Of a stretch of DNA of 64,000 bases, positions 49,915 through 62,972 are shown piece by piece; position 1 is the stretch's first letter, and each line of letters starts with the position of its first letter. A program made the translations under genes and the position numbers. The notes below the pieces were generated by a model. It was not told the DNA's origin and ran no database searches. It was given only the letters and a program-made list of their open reading frames with translations. This DNA comes from Callorhinchus milii (lineage: Eukaryota), in contig NW_024704742.1 in the NCBI RefSeq assembly GCF_018977255.1, positions 108,936,001-109,000,000 on the forward strand, in the 5' to 3' direction.

Positions 49915-52735
49915 TTAAAACTCTGCCCGTGGAAAAGGCTAACCCCTGCGACCCTCACAAAGGCCCTCACATCCTCCAATCTCCTATCCCTTTGGCCTTC
50001 CACCCACAGAGATCTTGAAGCAGCCGTCCAGCTGCTCCATGATCGCCTCTCCTCCACCTTCAACTCTCCCGTCCCCCTGAAATCTAGGATCATCTCCAAA
50101 CCCATCCGATCCCCCTGGTATAACAATCATCTCCACTCCCTAAAAACCCACTCCCTGGACCCATCCCCACCCTTCTCCTTAAATCCCAGCTCCACCTCCT
50201 TGCCCCACTACTCGTCGACATCATTAACCTCTGCCTGTCATCTGACACTATTCCTTCCCCCCTTAAACAGCCACTATCACCCCCACCTTGAAGAAACCTT
50301 CCCTTGACCCATCACAGCTATCTAGCTACCAGCCCATCTCAAATCTCCCCTTCCTATTCCAAAGTCCTTAAGAGAGCCATTGCCTCCCAGCTTCGCTCTT
50401 TCCTCTCCTCTCACTCCCTCCATGAAACCCTCTGCTCTGGTTCAAGGTCACAAACGACATCCTAACCATGTGTGACCAGGGCTCCCTCTGCCTCCTCGTC
50501 CTCCTTGACCTCTCCGCCGCCTTTGACACTGTAGACCACTCAATCGGCCTCCACCGCCTCTCCTCCCACCTCAGCTTTCAAGTTTCTGTCCTTGACTGGT
50601 TCAGGTCCTACCTTTCACACCATCTCCACTTTGTCATGGCAAACGGCTTCTCCTCCAGCCCCCGCACTGTCTCGTGGTGTTTCTCAGGGCTCTGTCCTTG
50701 GTCTCCTCCTCTTCACTCTCTACATTCTCCCCCTTGGTGACGTCATCCACAGACATGGGGTAAATGTCCACATGTATGAGGATGACACCCAACTCTGCTT
50801 CTCTGCCTCCACCCTGAGCTCCAGGACTACTGGCATCCTGACCAACTGCCTGTCCGACATCAAGTCCTGGACGAGGGCCAACTTTCTCCAACTCAACGTC
50901 AGCAAGACCGAGGCCTTCCTGATTGGCTCATGCCAGCTCTGCACCTCAGGCGCTGGCAACATCAGCCTCCACGGCTGCACACTCAACCTCACTAAGCCAG
51001 TCAGGAACCTGGGTATCTTGTTCGATCCTGAACTGTCCTTTCTCCCCCACATTCGCACCATGACCAGCACTGCCTACCACCACCTCCGCAACATTGCCAG
51101 ACTCTGCCACTGCCTCACCCCTCAGGCTGCCGAAACCCTCACCCATGCATTCGTCACATCAAGCCTCGACTATGGGAACTCCCCCCACATCGGCCTTCCC
51201 AACTCTTCCCTTCACAAGCTGCAGATCATCCAAAACTCTGCAGCTCGTGTACTCTCACGCACCAGGCTCCCCACCCCATCACTCCCACCCTCGCCCAACT
51301 CCACTGGCTCCCCATCCTCCAGAGGATTGAATTCAAGATCCTCCTCCTCAATTTCAAGTCCATCCATGGCCTTGCTCCTTTTACCTCTCTGACCTGCTGA
51401 CTCCCTTCCAACCTGCCTGCTCCCTCCGTTCAGCGGCCTCCGGTCTGCTCCATGTCTCATGCCCGACCCGCCCTACCATCGGTGGCTGGGCCTTCAGCCT
51501 CTCTGCCCCCACACTCTGGAACTCCAACTCACTGTCCCTTCACCTCGCTTCCTCCCTTGCCTCCTTCAAGGCCGGTCTCGAGACCCTTTTTTTCGAGCAT
51601 GCCTTCGGTCGCCCTCCCACCTCTCTGCCTTCCCTCACCCCTACACCACCCCTCCCCCATGCTCAGGCCCCGACACCTGACTGTTCAGCGCTTTGGGACA
51701 TCCTCCCATCGTGAAAGGCGCTCTATAAATATAATTTTGTTGTTGTTGACACGTGCAAAAACGGCCTTCTGCTACAACATCATCTTGGAGGCAACAAACA
51801 ATCCCTAAGTCCTTTTTTCCCACAACCCACTACCACCTCCGTGCGCCCCCTTAGGCCTCCTCAATCTTCACATCTAATGCCAAGTGAGAGTAGGTCACAG
51901 ACTTCTTTTCAACCAAAATATATAATATCCGCCAGGTAGCCTCATTCTCCTGCCTCTTGTCACCCACCACCTGCGCACACCTCTCCTCCCACTCCCTCTT
52001 CGAACCCCTCCAGTTCGGCTCCTGCCCTGCCCACAGTACAGAGACTGCGCTTGTGAAAGTCTCAAACAACATCCTCTTTCTCTGTGACCAGGGCTGCCTC
52101 TGCCTCCTTGTCCTCCTGGACCTCTCCGCCACTTTTGACACATTCGATCACGCCATCCTCCTCCACCGCCTTTCCTCAGTCATCCACCTCAGTGGGCCGC
52201 ACTCGCCTGATTCGAGTCCTACCTCACAAACCACCAGCAGTACATCTGCACAAACGGCTTTTCCTCTCGCTCTCACCTGGTTACCTGCGGGGTACCCCAA
52301 GGATCCATCCTTAGCCCCCTCCTCCTCCTAATCTATATGCTCCCTCTTGGGGATGTCATCCGCAGACATGGGGTACACTTCCACATGTATGAGGACGACA
52401 CCCAACTCTATTTTTCCACCTCACTTTGCGACCCCCTGAGTCCCCTGATGTTCTGTCAACCTGCCTGTCAGACCTCAGGAGCTAGATGAGCGCGCATTTC
52501 CTTCAGCTAAATGTTGACAAGACAGAAGCCATACTTTGGCGCTCGTCAAAGTCTTAAATTGCACCGTTCTCACCTCCACCCACCCACCCAGCGTCCCCCT
52601 AAATCTCTTCGAACCTGTACGCAACCTAGACGTCAGGTTCGACCCTCAATTATCCTTCTTCCCCCACATCTGGTCCCTCACCAGCACCTCTTTCTTTCGT
52701 CTCCCCCAATTCTTCACCCCAAAAGCCACCGAAAC
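49915..52735 (+). mobile_element. Two L2 LINEs, apparently nested: inner ~50150-51748 (RT + tail) within an outer copy (49915-~50150 and 51749-52735)
   Basis: Two RT cores (DLSA.FDT.DH; Y.DDTQL), with one (ttg)n tail at 51748 between them. Confidence 0.85.
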
Positions 52736-53190
52736 CCAGTTTAAACCATGTTTAAATTCAGTTTGAATGACTTAATTATAAATCAGCAGGTTATCACAGA
52801 CAGTGCAGTTGGCGAAGAGAACTTTGGCCTATATAAGAAATGAGGATTTCCATCTGATTGGGAAGCCAGTTAACTCAGTAAAACTTATTTTAAGAAGATG
52901 CATTCAACTACTACATTTTTTTATAAACGCGCATCTATATTGAAGTAAGAATATCATTGCAGACTTCTAGTATTTCTTTAAATTTATAAAACACTTAGCA
53001 CCTGCTGTTAATCATTTTTATTAGTTACTACATTGCCTATGAGAACATATTGTACCCCAAAGCATATTACACTAATTTGTTCCTGGCAAGCTATTAATAC
53101 AGCCTGTTCATAGATGTAATTAACTCAATGCCTATAAGTATGCTGTTAAGATTTTTTTTGTATAATACTTTTTTTAATTTTCTAAACCAG

Positions 53191-53278
53191 GAAGTTATCT
53201 CAGAATTCCAACAACAGTCAAGTAGAATCCTTACCATCCAGCTCACCTAAAGAAAAGGCGTCTGCATCTCCATCTCAG
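53191..53278 (+). CDS. ELL2: ELL2 coding exon 7 (88 nt)
   Basis: aaaccag|G...CAG|gtacat; KLSQNSNNSQVESLPSSSPKEKASASPSQ; length and phase (2/0) match the recalled ELL2 exon 7. Confidence 0.9.
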
Positions 53279-54361
53279 GTACATTCATCTACAAATACAG
53301 TCACTACACTTTACAGTATTCCTGTGAAGTGTTTTGAGATGTTCTCCTGACATGAAAGGTGCAAAATTAAATTTTAGATCTGTTATCAAAGGTAAAAATG
53401 AGCATTGCATTTTTTCACCATGCTGAAAGAACCATCTTCACACAGGGTATAGTTTCAAAAAGTCAGACTTATCTGTAATATGTTCTATGTAGCAATAATG
53501 GTACAGCAGTTATGCACAAAACATAGTACACATGATGTAGGTGGCTTTCATAAATCTTTTAGATTTACTTTTGAGTTGATCCACACCCATGAATGGCCAG
53601 AGCAGGGTGCTCCCAACAGTGACCTTTTTGTGTCGAATAAGTTGTGTGTAACTATTGCGTATTACAACACAGTTCACTTGACTTTTGAAAAGCAGCTCCT
53701 GATACCAGGGTTTAGATGTTTTCATTTCACTCATCAATCTTCTTTGTGGCCTCTTGTGCGAGATTATCAAGATGGTACAAATTAGTGCCTTAATACACAG
53801 TTGGAAACTGGGTTGAGAGTGTACCCGTTCTCGTGGGAACCTTTTACCCATTAGAGTTGACATTCAACCCATTAATATGGATTTAAAGTTGACCAAATCA
53901 CAGAGGTGAAAAGGGGCTTTATTTTCATCCCAAATGTTCAACAACTGTATTCTTCCTCATTCGGCATCTTCCACATGCTTATATTGCTGAAGTTTCTGTT
54001 TAAGAAGCTTTGTGACCTTTAATCATGCAACACCTTATACAGTTACCCTATTTAATCAGGAGGCTCGATGTGCTGTTCAGTTTTTGTACCATTGAAAAAA
54101 TAGTTTTGCTAAGACCCTTCTCAAATCATCTTTGGTTTAAACTTAATTTCTTGCATCTGTCTTATTTATGTAGAATTTATCTAGAAGTAAAAAATATATA
54201 AATTCTGCATATAAGGCCATCCTAAATCTAATTTTCCAAAAATCAGGTCAAAATGTTTGAGGTTTATAACTTGGACTGATCTCTGAGAAGATGGCTACAG
54301 TGGTGAATTTTTGCAAGCTTTTTCATCAGAACCTTAACATTCACATTTTTTTCTTTTGCAG

Positions 54362-54926
54362 AAGCGTTCTCTGCCTTCAGATTTCATTGATCCTTTGACA
54401 AGCAAGAAACTCAGAATATCACACCTTACCAATCGTGTGCAACCAACCCTTAATGGTCATTTAAATCCCTCCAGTGAGAAGACTGTTGCTGCTGCTGCCG
54501 CTCCTGCCACCCCTCCTCCCCCTCCTCCACCATCTCCTATGCCACTTTCAGTTTCTATTGCTCACACTGTGAATTCTAACTCCAATTCCCCATGCACACC
54601 TGAAGGAAGGGGAACTCAAGATTTGCCAGTTGATGCTAATGGTCAAACTGGCAGGGGTTATGAGGACCAGCAAGAAAAGCTTACCTCTAGGACTACAATG
54701 GAAAGCCCACCACGCCAGTTGGATTGCTCAAAAGCTCACAGCAAAGATTTTTCTTCTCATGGAAAATCAAAAAAGAAAGCCAAAAAACACAAAGATAAGG
54801 AAAGGGAAAAGGAGAAAAAGAACAAGGAATGGGATGAAGAGGAGAACAGCAGAGAATGCAGAACTGAAACTGAGGAACAAAAGAAATTAAAGAAAGTCAA
54901 TGGTGATGCTCCCCCTCTTGACTCGG
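54362..54926 (+). CDS. ELL2: ELL2 coding exon 8 (565 nt; Pro-rich and Lys-rich central region)
   Basis: ttttgcag|AAG...TCGG|gtatgt; KRSLPSDFIDPL..KKLRISHLTNRVQPTLNGHL...NSNSNSPCTPEGRGTQDLPVD (motif typical of ELL2 rather than ELL)...KSKKKAKKHKDKERE. Confidence 0.96.
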
Positions 54927-55285
54927 GTATGTGATGAATGTAGAGGCATTCCAGGCCTGAGGATAGTCAAGCTTTAGAATTTGTTGTAATGAATTGAAAG
55001 GTGTTTTACAGTGTTATGCAAAAATTGTGGACAATATTAAATTGCAGGCATGGTTTAGGGATACAACACAGAATGCAGAAATAGAAAAAAATCTGTTGCA
55101 CAAGTGGGAAAGACTTGGCTCAAGGGGGGAAAGTCCTCAATTAGTTAAAAGCTGTTTTTTACAACTAGAACAAATGGCTTGTTTTTCTCTCTTATCCTGT
55201 TTTTTTAAAGTATTCCTACATGTTTTTATAAAAACTGTTCATGACGGTTGTGAACATGGCGACACATACACACACTCATACATAG

Positions 55286-55460
55286 AACTCTATCACCATG
55301 CTTAAGAGTATCCAAATCAGACTGAGTTCCACATATTTGCCCTTTTGCTGGAATTAAGCGTGGACTCTCTCCCTGGATGGATGCACACTGTTGATCTAAT
55401 CCCAGAAACTATTACACACAGGTTGCCAAGAGCCACGGCTGGGGATCCCAGAACTGGAGG
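55286..55460 (-). repeat. Unclassified interspersed repeat, copy E (short)
   Basis: atcaccatgcttaagagtatccaaa, ctctccctgga, ttgccaagagcca shared with A/C/D. Confidence 0.7.
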
Positions 55461-56404
55461 CCCCAAAGCTTAGACAGGGCTGTAAATAGGTTTCATTTCT
55501 TGGATATGCTGTTTCCAGTATGGGATTTTGATTTGTTGAAAAGGAGTCTTAAAAACTACTTTACCCCCTGATCTCTCAAACAAATTTGCTTTTTCATTAA
55601 CTGATAAATGTGAATTGTTATGTAGTGACAAATGGATGCAGTTAACAAGTCAGTCTTCCATACGCTGACTGAGTAAACAGTTGAGAGGTATGAGACATCA
55701 TGCACAACAATCAGAGTTGCCTCTTAGTGATGTTATTTAATCAACATTTGAAATGTAATGCTAGATAGTGGCAAGTATTCTACTAATTTTAGTGCTGCAG
55801 ATCCATAGCAAGAAAATGGTTCAGGGCAACATTTTGCTCCTTTTAGTAATTTGTGCATTACTTTGTGAATTGTTATTTATTTGGAGAGGGAGAAGAAAAG
55901 GAGAAATTTTCATTTTTATCCTATATTAAGCACTCCAATGTGCTACCCGCACGAAGGACGAAGGGCACTATGCAAGTTGTTGTATATAATGGCCAATCTT
56001 GTTGTAGCGTGGGATTTCAGATCCAAAAAATTAATGTGTTGGTTCACAAACAAATTGCCACTGGTCCCACTTCCAGATCATGAGGGCATCATTTGCATCA
56101 CTTCCAGAGCCTTGTGCATGTGAGCTATGTGCAATGAGTCATTATCACAGAACGGGTTTAAACATCTTGACTTTGAGAACATTTGAAAATTGGCCAGATT
56201 ATATGATCCCAGCACTTTCACTATGTCCCAGATTAATGTCAGTCTGGCTCAATTGTTGAACTGTACTATGAGCATATTAGCAGGATTGCAAGTATCTGAT
56301 TTTGGTATCTTAAATGGGTAATGCTCCATGCAACAACTAGCATTCTGACCATAAACATAATTTATTTTAAGTAAAACAAATTTTAGGAATGATATGAAGG
56401 CCTC

Positions 56405-57207
56405 GGTGAGGGTGCACAGAAGATTTACCAGAATGGTACCAGGGATGAGGGGCTTTAGTTATGTGGAAAGACTAGAGAGGCTGAGATTGTTCTCCTTAAA
56501 GAGAGATTTAATAGAGGTGTTCAAAATTATGAGGGGTTTTGATAGAGTAGATGGGGAGAAACTGTTTCCACTGGCAGCTGAGTCGATAACCAGGGGACAT
56601 AGATTCAAGATAATTGGCAAAAGAACCAGAGGGGAGAAGACGAGAATTTTTTTTACACAGAGAGTTGTTACGGTCTGGAATGCACTGCCTGAAAGGGTGG
56701 TGGAAACAGATACAATAACAACTTTCAAAAGGGAATTGGATAGTTATAATAATAAAAATAATAATAATCCTTGCATTTGATATAGCGCTTTTCACGTCGG
56801 GAGGACGTCCCAAAGCGCTTCACAGAACACACTGTAAAGTGAATTGACTGTATATTTGTGGGCGAACGCAGCAGCCAATTGCGCACAGCAATGTCCCACA
56901 AACAGTCATAGATTGAAAATGACCAATTTATTATTGTTTTGTTTTTTTGGAGGGATGATTATTAGGTACGTGGAGTAAGGAAACTTGCCCAAGGTTTCGC
57001 CCTGCCTGGAATTGAACTCAGGTCTCTCACTTGCAAAGCGAATGCTCTAACCACTGAGCTACAGGACTCCACGAAGAGGTTACTTGAAGAGGAAAAATTT
57101 ACAAGGATATGGGGAAAGAGTGGGGAAGTGGGACTGATTGGTAGATCTTCCAAAGAGCCAGCACAGGCACAGGCACATTGTCTCCTTCTGTGCTGTAATA
57201 TTCTATG
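56405..57207 (+). mobile_element. CR1 LINE 3' fragment split by a SINE
   Basis: RVHRRFTRMVPGMRGFSYVERL...FFTQRVVTVWNALPE; resumes gttacttgaagagg at 57079. Confidence 0.92.
56747..57070 (-). mobile_element. tRNA-Ala-derived SINE, young copy
   Basis: Near-identical to the other young copies; GTTA duplicated at the flanks. Confidence 0.95.
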
Positions 57208-58100
57208 AAATGGGAGGATATTTACATAACCTCATTCTGCTTTTTATATTTGTGGTTAATTTCATCACATTAGTTGAAATTTCTAGTTGACGAGTGATAC
57301 ATTTATAATTTTGAACTCTAACAGCTGCATTCAAAGTATCAATCAGCTCTTGCACTTCCCGTTTTGGGGGAGGCAAACCATTTGCTCCAAGTTGGGTATT
57401 GCAACTCGATTAAGCACCCGTGACTCCTCCACAGACTGCTACCCTGCTGATTCTGAAGAGTCTACCGCAAAACACTCCTGCAGTGGTGTACTGTGGTTCT
57501 CTAACAATGATGCATTCAGTCAGTGATTAGTGGGAGACTTTGGACACGCTTGGAACTGCTTTTCATGAAGCCAACTACAACACTAGAAGCTGTTAGGGTC
57601 ATAAGGGTGTACTGGACTTTTTTTCTGCATGTTTTAAAAACCAATTCCAGTGATTAGAAATTAATCCTGGCTCCAAGACACTTATTTACCTTGTTTTGAG
57701 TTTACAAGGAGTCAATGTAAATAGAGTGGACTTTGATACTAGATTGTTTTGAGTATACAAATTTTAACCATCTAATCACCTTTTTAAAAATAAAAACAAG
57801 CTTAGTGCCCAATGATTGCCTCTTTTGGAATGCCTGTGACTTGTGGAGAAATATTTTGAAAGAATTGTGGACAGTCCATTTAAAGCAGATAATTTGCCTC
57901 ATTCTTTCAAACTCTGAACGCTTTCATGGTAAACATTCTTTTTCTGTATGTGCAAATTTTATGAATCCTAAATACTGTACTTTGATTACAGTTGGACTGA
58001 CTAGTGTTACATCCCTCATTAACTTCAAATGTTTAATTTCTCTAAATTTTACATTTTTTAAAATAATTTTGTGAAAGTACTGTACTGTTTATATATAAAA

Positions 58101-58459
58101 AGTCTTGTAGCTCAGTGGTTAGAGCACTCACCTTGCAAGCGAGAGATCTGGGTTCGATTTCCAGCAGGGCGAAATGTTGGGCAAGTTTTCTTACTCCCCA
58201 CACCACTGGCAGTAATTGGGAACCCGGTTGTTACTTGATTGACGGATTGCTTTTCCAGGGTAATAATTCCTTCAAAAAATAATAATAAATTGGTCACTTC
58301 AATCCACGACTGTTTGTGGGACACTGCTGTGCGCAATTAGCTGCCGTGTTTCGCCCACAAAATATACAGTGAATTCATTTTACAGTATATTCCGTGAAGC
58401 GCTGTGAGGCGTCTTGAAGACGTGATAAGGCGCTATATCAAATGTAAGGATTATTATTA
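58101..58459 (+). mobile_element. tRNA-Ala-derived SINE, long variant
   Basis: Contains the extra gcagtaattgggaacccggttgttac...gga ttgcttttcc segment also seen at ~19408-19460. Confidence 0.92.
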
Positions 58460-59238
58460 AAAAAGCATGAAACTTTGGTCAATCAGCGTATTGCTGCTAA
58501 GTGGCTAACTTAACTAGCTCAATAATCAGAATAACATCTTAATCATTTTCCTCCCTAAAATTTTACTTTTATTACAACTTTCTAGGTTGAGTGGAAAGTA
58601 GTTTGTTTACTGAAGAGTATACCAGCATATAGTTCCTAAGGTTCAGAAAAGTAAAGAACTTGTTTGTTTTGCTGTCAGTTGTTGCTAAATCAAGTGAAGT
58701 CTTTTTGATTTTACCTCCATAGAGCAGAATTCAGTAACAATTGAGGTCCACATTTTCTAAACTATTAGTTTAGTAATAACTCTTGTCATTCTTTCTAATT
58801 CCCACAAAATAGTGTGGGAAAATCCTTAAATTGCATTCTTCAACATTATGGCCACATCTGCCACTTTAAATAAATTAATTTTTGAATGGTCCCTTGTCTA
58901 GAGGATTTGAAAACGGCAGGAGACTGGCCCTGGGTGGAGATCTTAATGCTTTGACCTCTATTGTGTAGATAATTCGGTTATTGCCGTTACGGGCTGAATG
59001 CTTGTTAATGGTAGTGATTGAGCTGACCATATGGCTGCTGCTGTTAGTAATCTGTAGAGTCGAAAACTACTGCATTATTTCTACTGAGGAATGTAATATT
59101 GAAGCTAAAGCATTAAAATCTTCCCACAAGTTTTAGCTGTAGTATGGCAAAGGTCAAAAGTTCTCTGTTATTGCTGTGCCTTCTGTTGTGCTCTGCAATA
59201 TTTCAACAGAAATACAGAAAGCCTTTATTCTCTTGCAG

Positions 59239-59305
59239 GAATGAATGGGAAGTGCACTGGTTCCAGCAATCCTACAATACCAACCAAAAAGCCTGATTAC
59301 TTGAT
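59239..59305 (+). CDS. ELL2: ELL2 coding exon 9 (67 nt)
   Basis: tcttgcag|GA...TTGAT|gtaagt; (G)MNGKCTGSSNPTIPTKKPDYL(I); PDYL marks the start of the occludin/ELL C-terminal domain; phase 1/2. Confidence 0.92.
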
Positions 59306-59332
59306 GTAAGTAAGCATACTGATTGTATTTTC

Positions 59333-59680
59333 ATGTTCAAATCCATTCACTTCCTGCACCTCCCTACCTCTCAGACCTCCTCACTCCCCAATCCACCACC
59401 CGGTGCCTCCGCTCGACTGGCACTGGCCTGCTTCTCGTTCCTCGCACCCTCCGTCCCACCATCGGAGATCGGGTTTTTAGCCACTACGACCCAAAACTCT
59501 GAAACACTCTCCCTCAATCCCTCCGCCTTGCCCCCTCCGCCTTTTCATGTCCCATCTGAAAACCTTCCTTTTCGACCGTGCTTACTGCACCTGCCCCCAC
59601 CACCCCCACCACTACTGTTAAGTGCTCTGAGACGCTACCCTGCACGGAGGGCGCTTTATAAGTGCAAGTTGTTGTTTATT
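59333..59680 (+). mobile_element. L2 LINE 3' fragment (second family), starting ~28 nt after the exon 9 donor
   Basis: Homology to 30180-30478 and 63350-63690. Confidence 0.88.
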
Positions 59681-61633
59681 GTGAGCATTCCTCCAAAACG
59701 AATCTGAATTATTTAAACTAGCAACAGTTACTAGATTTGTTCCAGTGTTTTTATCCAAATAGTAAAAGAGAAATCTGTTAATTATTGAAAGCAATTATAA
59801 AGATAGAATTTTATTATGATCTTCATTTTAGTCACCTATTAGAACAGTCATCTTTTGTGTCTGAAATGTTTTTAAAACGAGTGGACTGAAATTCCAATCA
59901 ACATTACATGCAACTTTGGAGATGTACAATCATAATGGGGAACTCCCATCAGTGACCAACATTGTCAAAAGTACTACATACAATGCCAACCAGAATTTAA
60001 ATTCCTAGTCTTTTTTGAAGTATCCTTAAAAATTAGTGTGAAAACATTGTCACTTGTCTATTCATTGATGTACTATATTCATTAATGTACTGTAGTTTGT
60101 GAGATCTGTTGAAATCCAGCCGCCAACTTGTGGGGTTGGGGAAAGATTGCATTATTTGTTACATATTGTTTGGTTTCTGTTTGGATTACCCTAACATTGC
60201 AGTGTCGTACAAACAGCTATACAGTATAAGGTTTCCTATATTCTACTAGAAAGTTGGTATATACAATAGCAAGGCATTTATTTTCACTCAGAAAATATGT
60301 AAGTGAATCCACTCTACAGTGTCCCCTGAAGTGCTTTGAGGCGTCTCGACGACGTGAAAGGCGCTATATAAAATATAAGGATTATTATTATTTAATCTCC
60401 GGATTCTAATTGTAAATTGCTTGAGCTGCACATTCACAGTTGACATTATCCAAACTGCTCAATTGAATTTCTGCCACTACTTGGCCACTTGTTGCACATT
60501 GCACATTTGAATTCTTGTGCTGTGTGCAGGCCTCCACTGCAGGAATTAGGCTGGGGGAATGGGAAAATAATCTTTATGTGGAGGTTGGATATAACTAACA
60601 ATATCTAATTTGTATTTTGAAACAACTATATAACTATTTTTAAAATTTTAAGTGTCATTTTCTCCTGCAATTTCCTCCCTCACCCTCCTTCCCTTCCCCC
60701 ACCCTTGCGAGGCACTTTTGTTTGCATCAGGTGTGCTAATCTAGTACCCCAACTAATATTCTTGCGTGAAACTTGACCATAAGTTCCGAAGATCATTTCA
60801 CCCACAGGGCACCTCATAGTTGAACACAATCCGATCCTCATCCAAAGTTTGATACACTTTCCAGCAGAAATTACTGAAATCAGAAACATAAAACCTGGCT
60901 GATTCTCTCCGCCCCCCCCCCCCTCCCCACTCCGCCTCTTCCCCCCCCCCCCCCCCCCCAACAACCCACACACTTCTTGAAGACTGAGGCTGTTTGTAAC
61001 ACTGCTACACAAATTCATTATTACTACCTCCACCCGAGCTGAGATCAGCTAACTCAGCACAAGAATTCAACCTTGAAATCTGTTCTGTTTGCTTTAATGT
61101 CTTTAACTGCTAAGCCATCTGGCAGGCAACAAGAATTTTATGTTAACTTGGAAATGAACATTATTAATTTACTTACCTGCTTAAGTTACTATGGGTAATG
61201 TCTTATAACTAAGCCTTTATAAGGGGTGTACTAGATTGTTATTTCTATGTTGTAATAGGCATTAAGTATATAAAAATCCATCTCTAGACTCGCACTGGTG
61301 GAATGACATTGATTTATAGCACATTTATTTGTGCCTCTGGATTATGGAAAGTGGTGGAAAAGTCGAGGTATGACAGTTTGGGGGCAGAGCACCATTTACC
61401 CACAGATTTGTTATGATGTCTCCGTCAACACATGCATAAGTTGCAGAACCAAACATTTCATGATGGTATATAATGATGGTCCAACTCTCTAGCATATGAA
61501 ATGTTTAGTATATCCTCAGTGTGCATGACTGTAATTAAGCGAGAACAAAAGATTTATTTCAAGTACTGCATGTAATACTATTGTTTTCTCCCCACACAAC
61601 TATCTAGTTTCACACTATTTTGTGTTCCAACAG

Positions 61634-61805
61634 CAAATACACAGCCATTATGTCACAAGAGCAGCGACAAAGCTTCAAAGATGACTTTAATGCAGAGTAT
61701 GGTGAATACCGCAACCTGCATGCTAGGTTAGAGAGTATAACCAAGCGATTTTTGCAACTGGATGCAGAGCGGAAGCGTCTTTCTCCTAACTCAGAGGAAT
61801 ATAAG
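61634..61805 (+). CDS. ELL2: ELL2 coding exon 10 (172 nt; occludin-ELL domain)
   Basis: ccaacag|C...AAG|gtactg; KYTAIMSQEQRQSFKDDFNAEYGEYRNLHARLESITKRFLQLDAERKRLSPNSEEYK. Confidence 0.96.
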
Positions 61806-62972
61806 GTACTGGCAGAATCACCTCTACTCCTTCAAGTTTCAGTCAAAAGACTACTGACTAGTTTTAACTTTAACAAAAAGAATAATAATGGCACCTCTCT
61901 GTATTAGATATTGGGTATTATGAGCTCAGGATTTACATGGTGGTACAGGTATTTTGCGAGCCTATTTTATTTGGCAATATACACATACAAATAGGAGGAG
62001 GTAGTTCAACTATTCAAGTCTTACCATTTGTGTAGTTTTGGACCCTTGCCCTATTAGATTTTAATTCCATTTCTGCTCCCTTGGTGTTGCCAGCCTTCCT
62101 CCCCCTTGAGACAAAATATTCAGATTTATGCTAACTCACTAAGTATTACGTACCTCATAGTGTCTTCTATGATGACGCAACTGAAACCAGTTTGTTTGAA
62201 GATTGATGCAAGTTGATGCAAATGTCAGATGTCCAGAGGCAGCAACATTGAGGCTACCAGAATAAATGACTTACTGCCACCAGTGTGGCATATTGGCTGT
62301 TGTGTCTTTCTTGCCACGGACAAGGTAGTAATGCAGTTTTGTCACCACTGGAACTTCTTTGGATCAGTTGAGATTCTCCTGCCTGAGAGAACTACAAGTT
62401 GTCAATGGTTTGGATTTGGCCTCACAACATGCAAGGACCAGCATTTGCAGGATAATATAAAAACATAATAATATAAAACAGTTCTGAACTATCCTGCAAC
62501 ATAAAATGCAGGGATTTATCTGCGCAAATATAATTTCTTTATGGTCTAGTCAGTATTAGTATTCTAGTGTACTGCCCTTGAAAACGTGTACTGCCATAAA
62601 GCAAAAGGATGCAAATGGAGACAAACTATGAATATCTGTATTTGCAAACAGAATGACCGACTTTAAAGTGCATTACAATAAAACGTAACATTTCTACACA
62701 TGTTCTACACTGTCTCAATGCTACTTGGGGCTTAGTTTGTTCCTCTTGTATTAACAGTTATAGAAACAGGATAGGCCAGGGAAATTAATTAAAACTTTCA
62801 ATGAGAGCTCCTTCACCTTCACCCCACTTCATGACTTCACTCCTTTTTTAAAAAAAAGTTTACATATCCCAGTTACTTAAGATAGTTCGACTGTCAGCTT
62901 CTCTAAAGTATTAAACATTTTAAATAGCTCAAATTGAAAACATGATAGCCTCCAGCTTTAAGGAATATTGTA

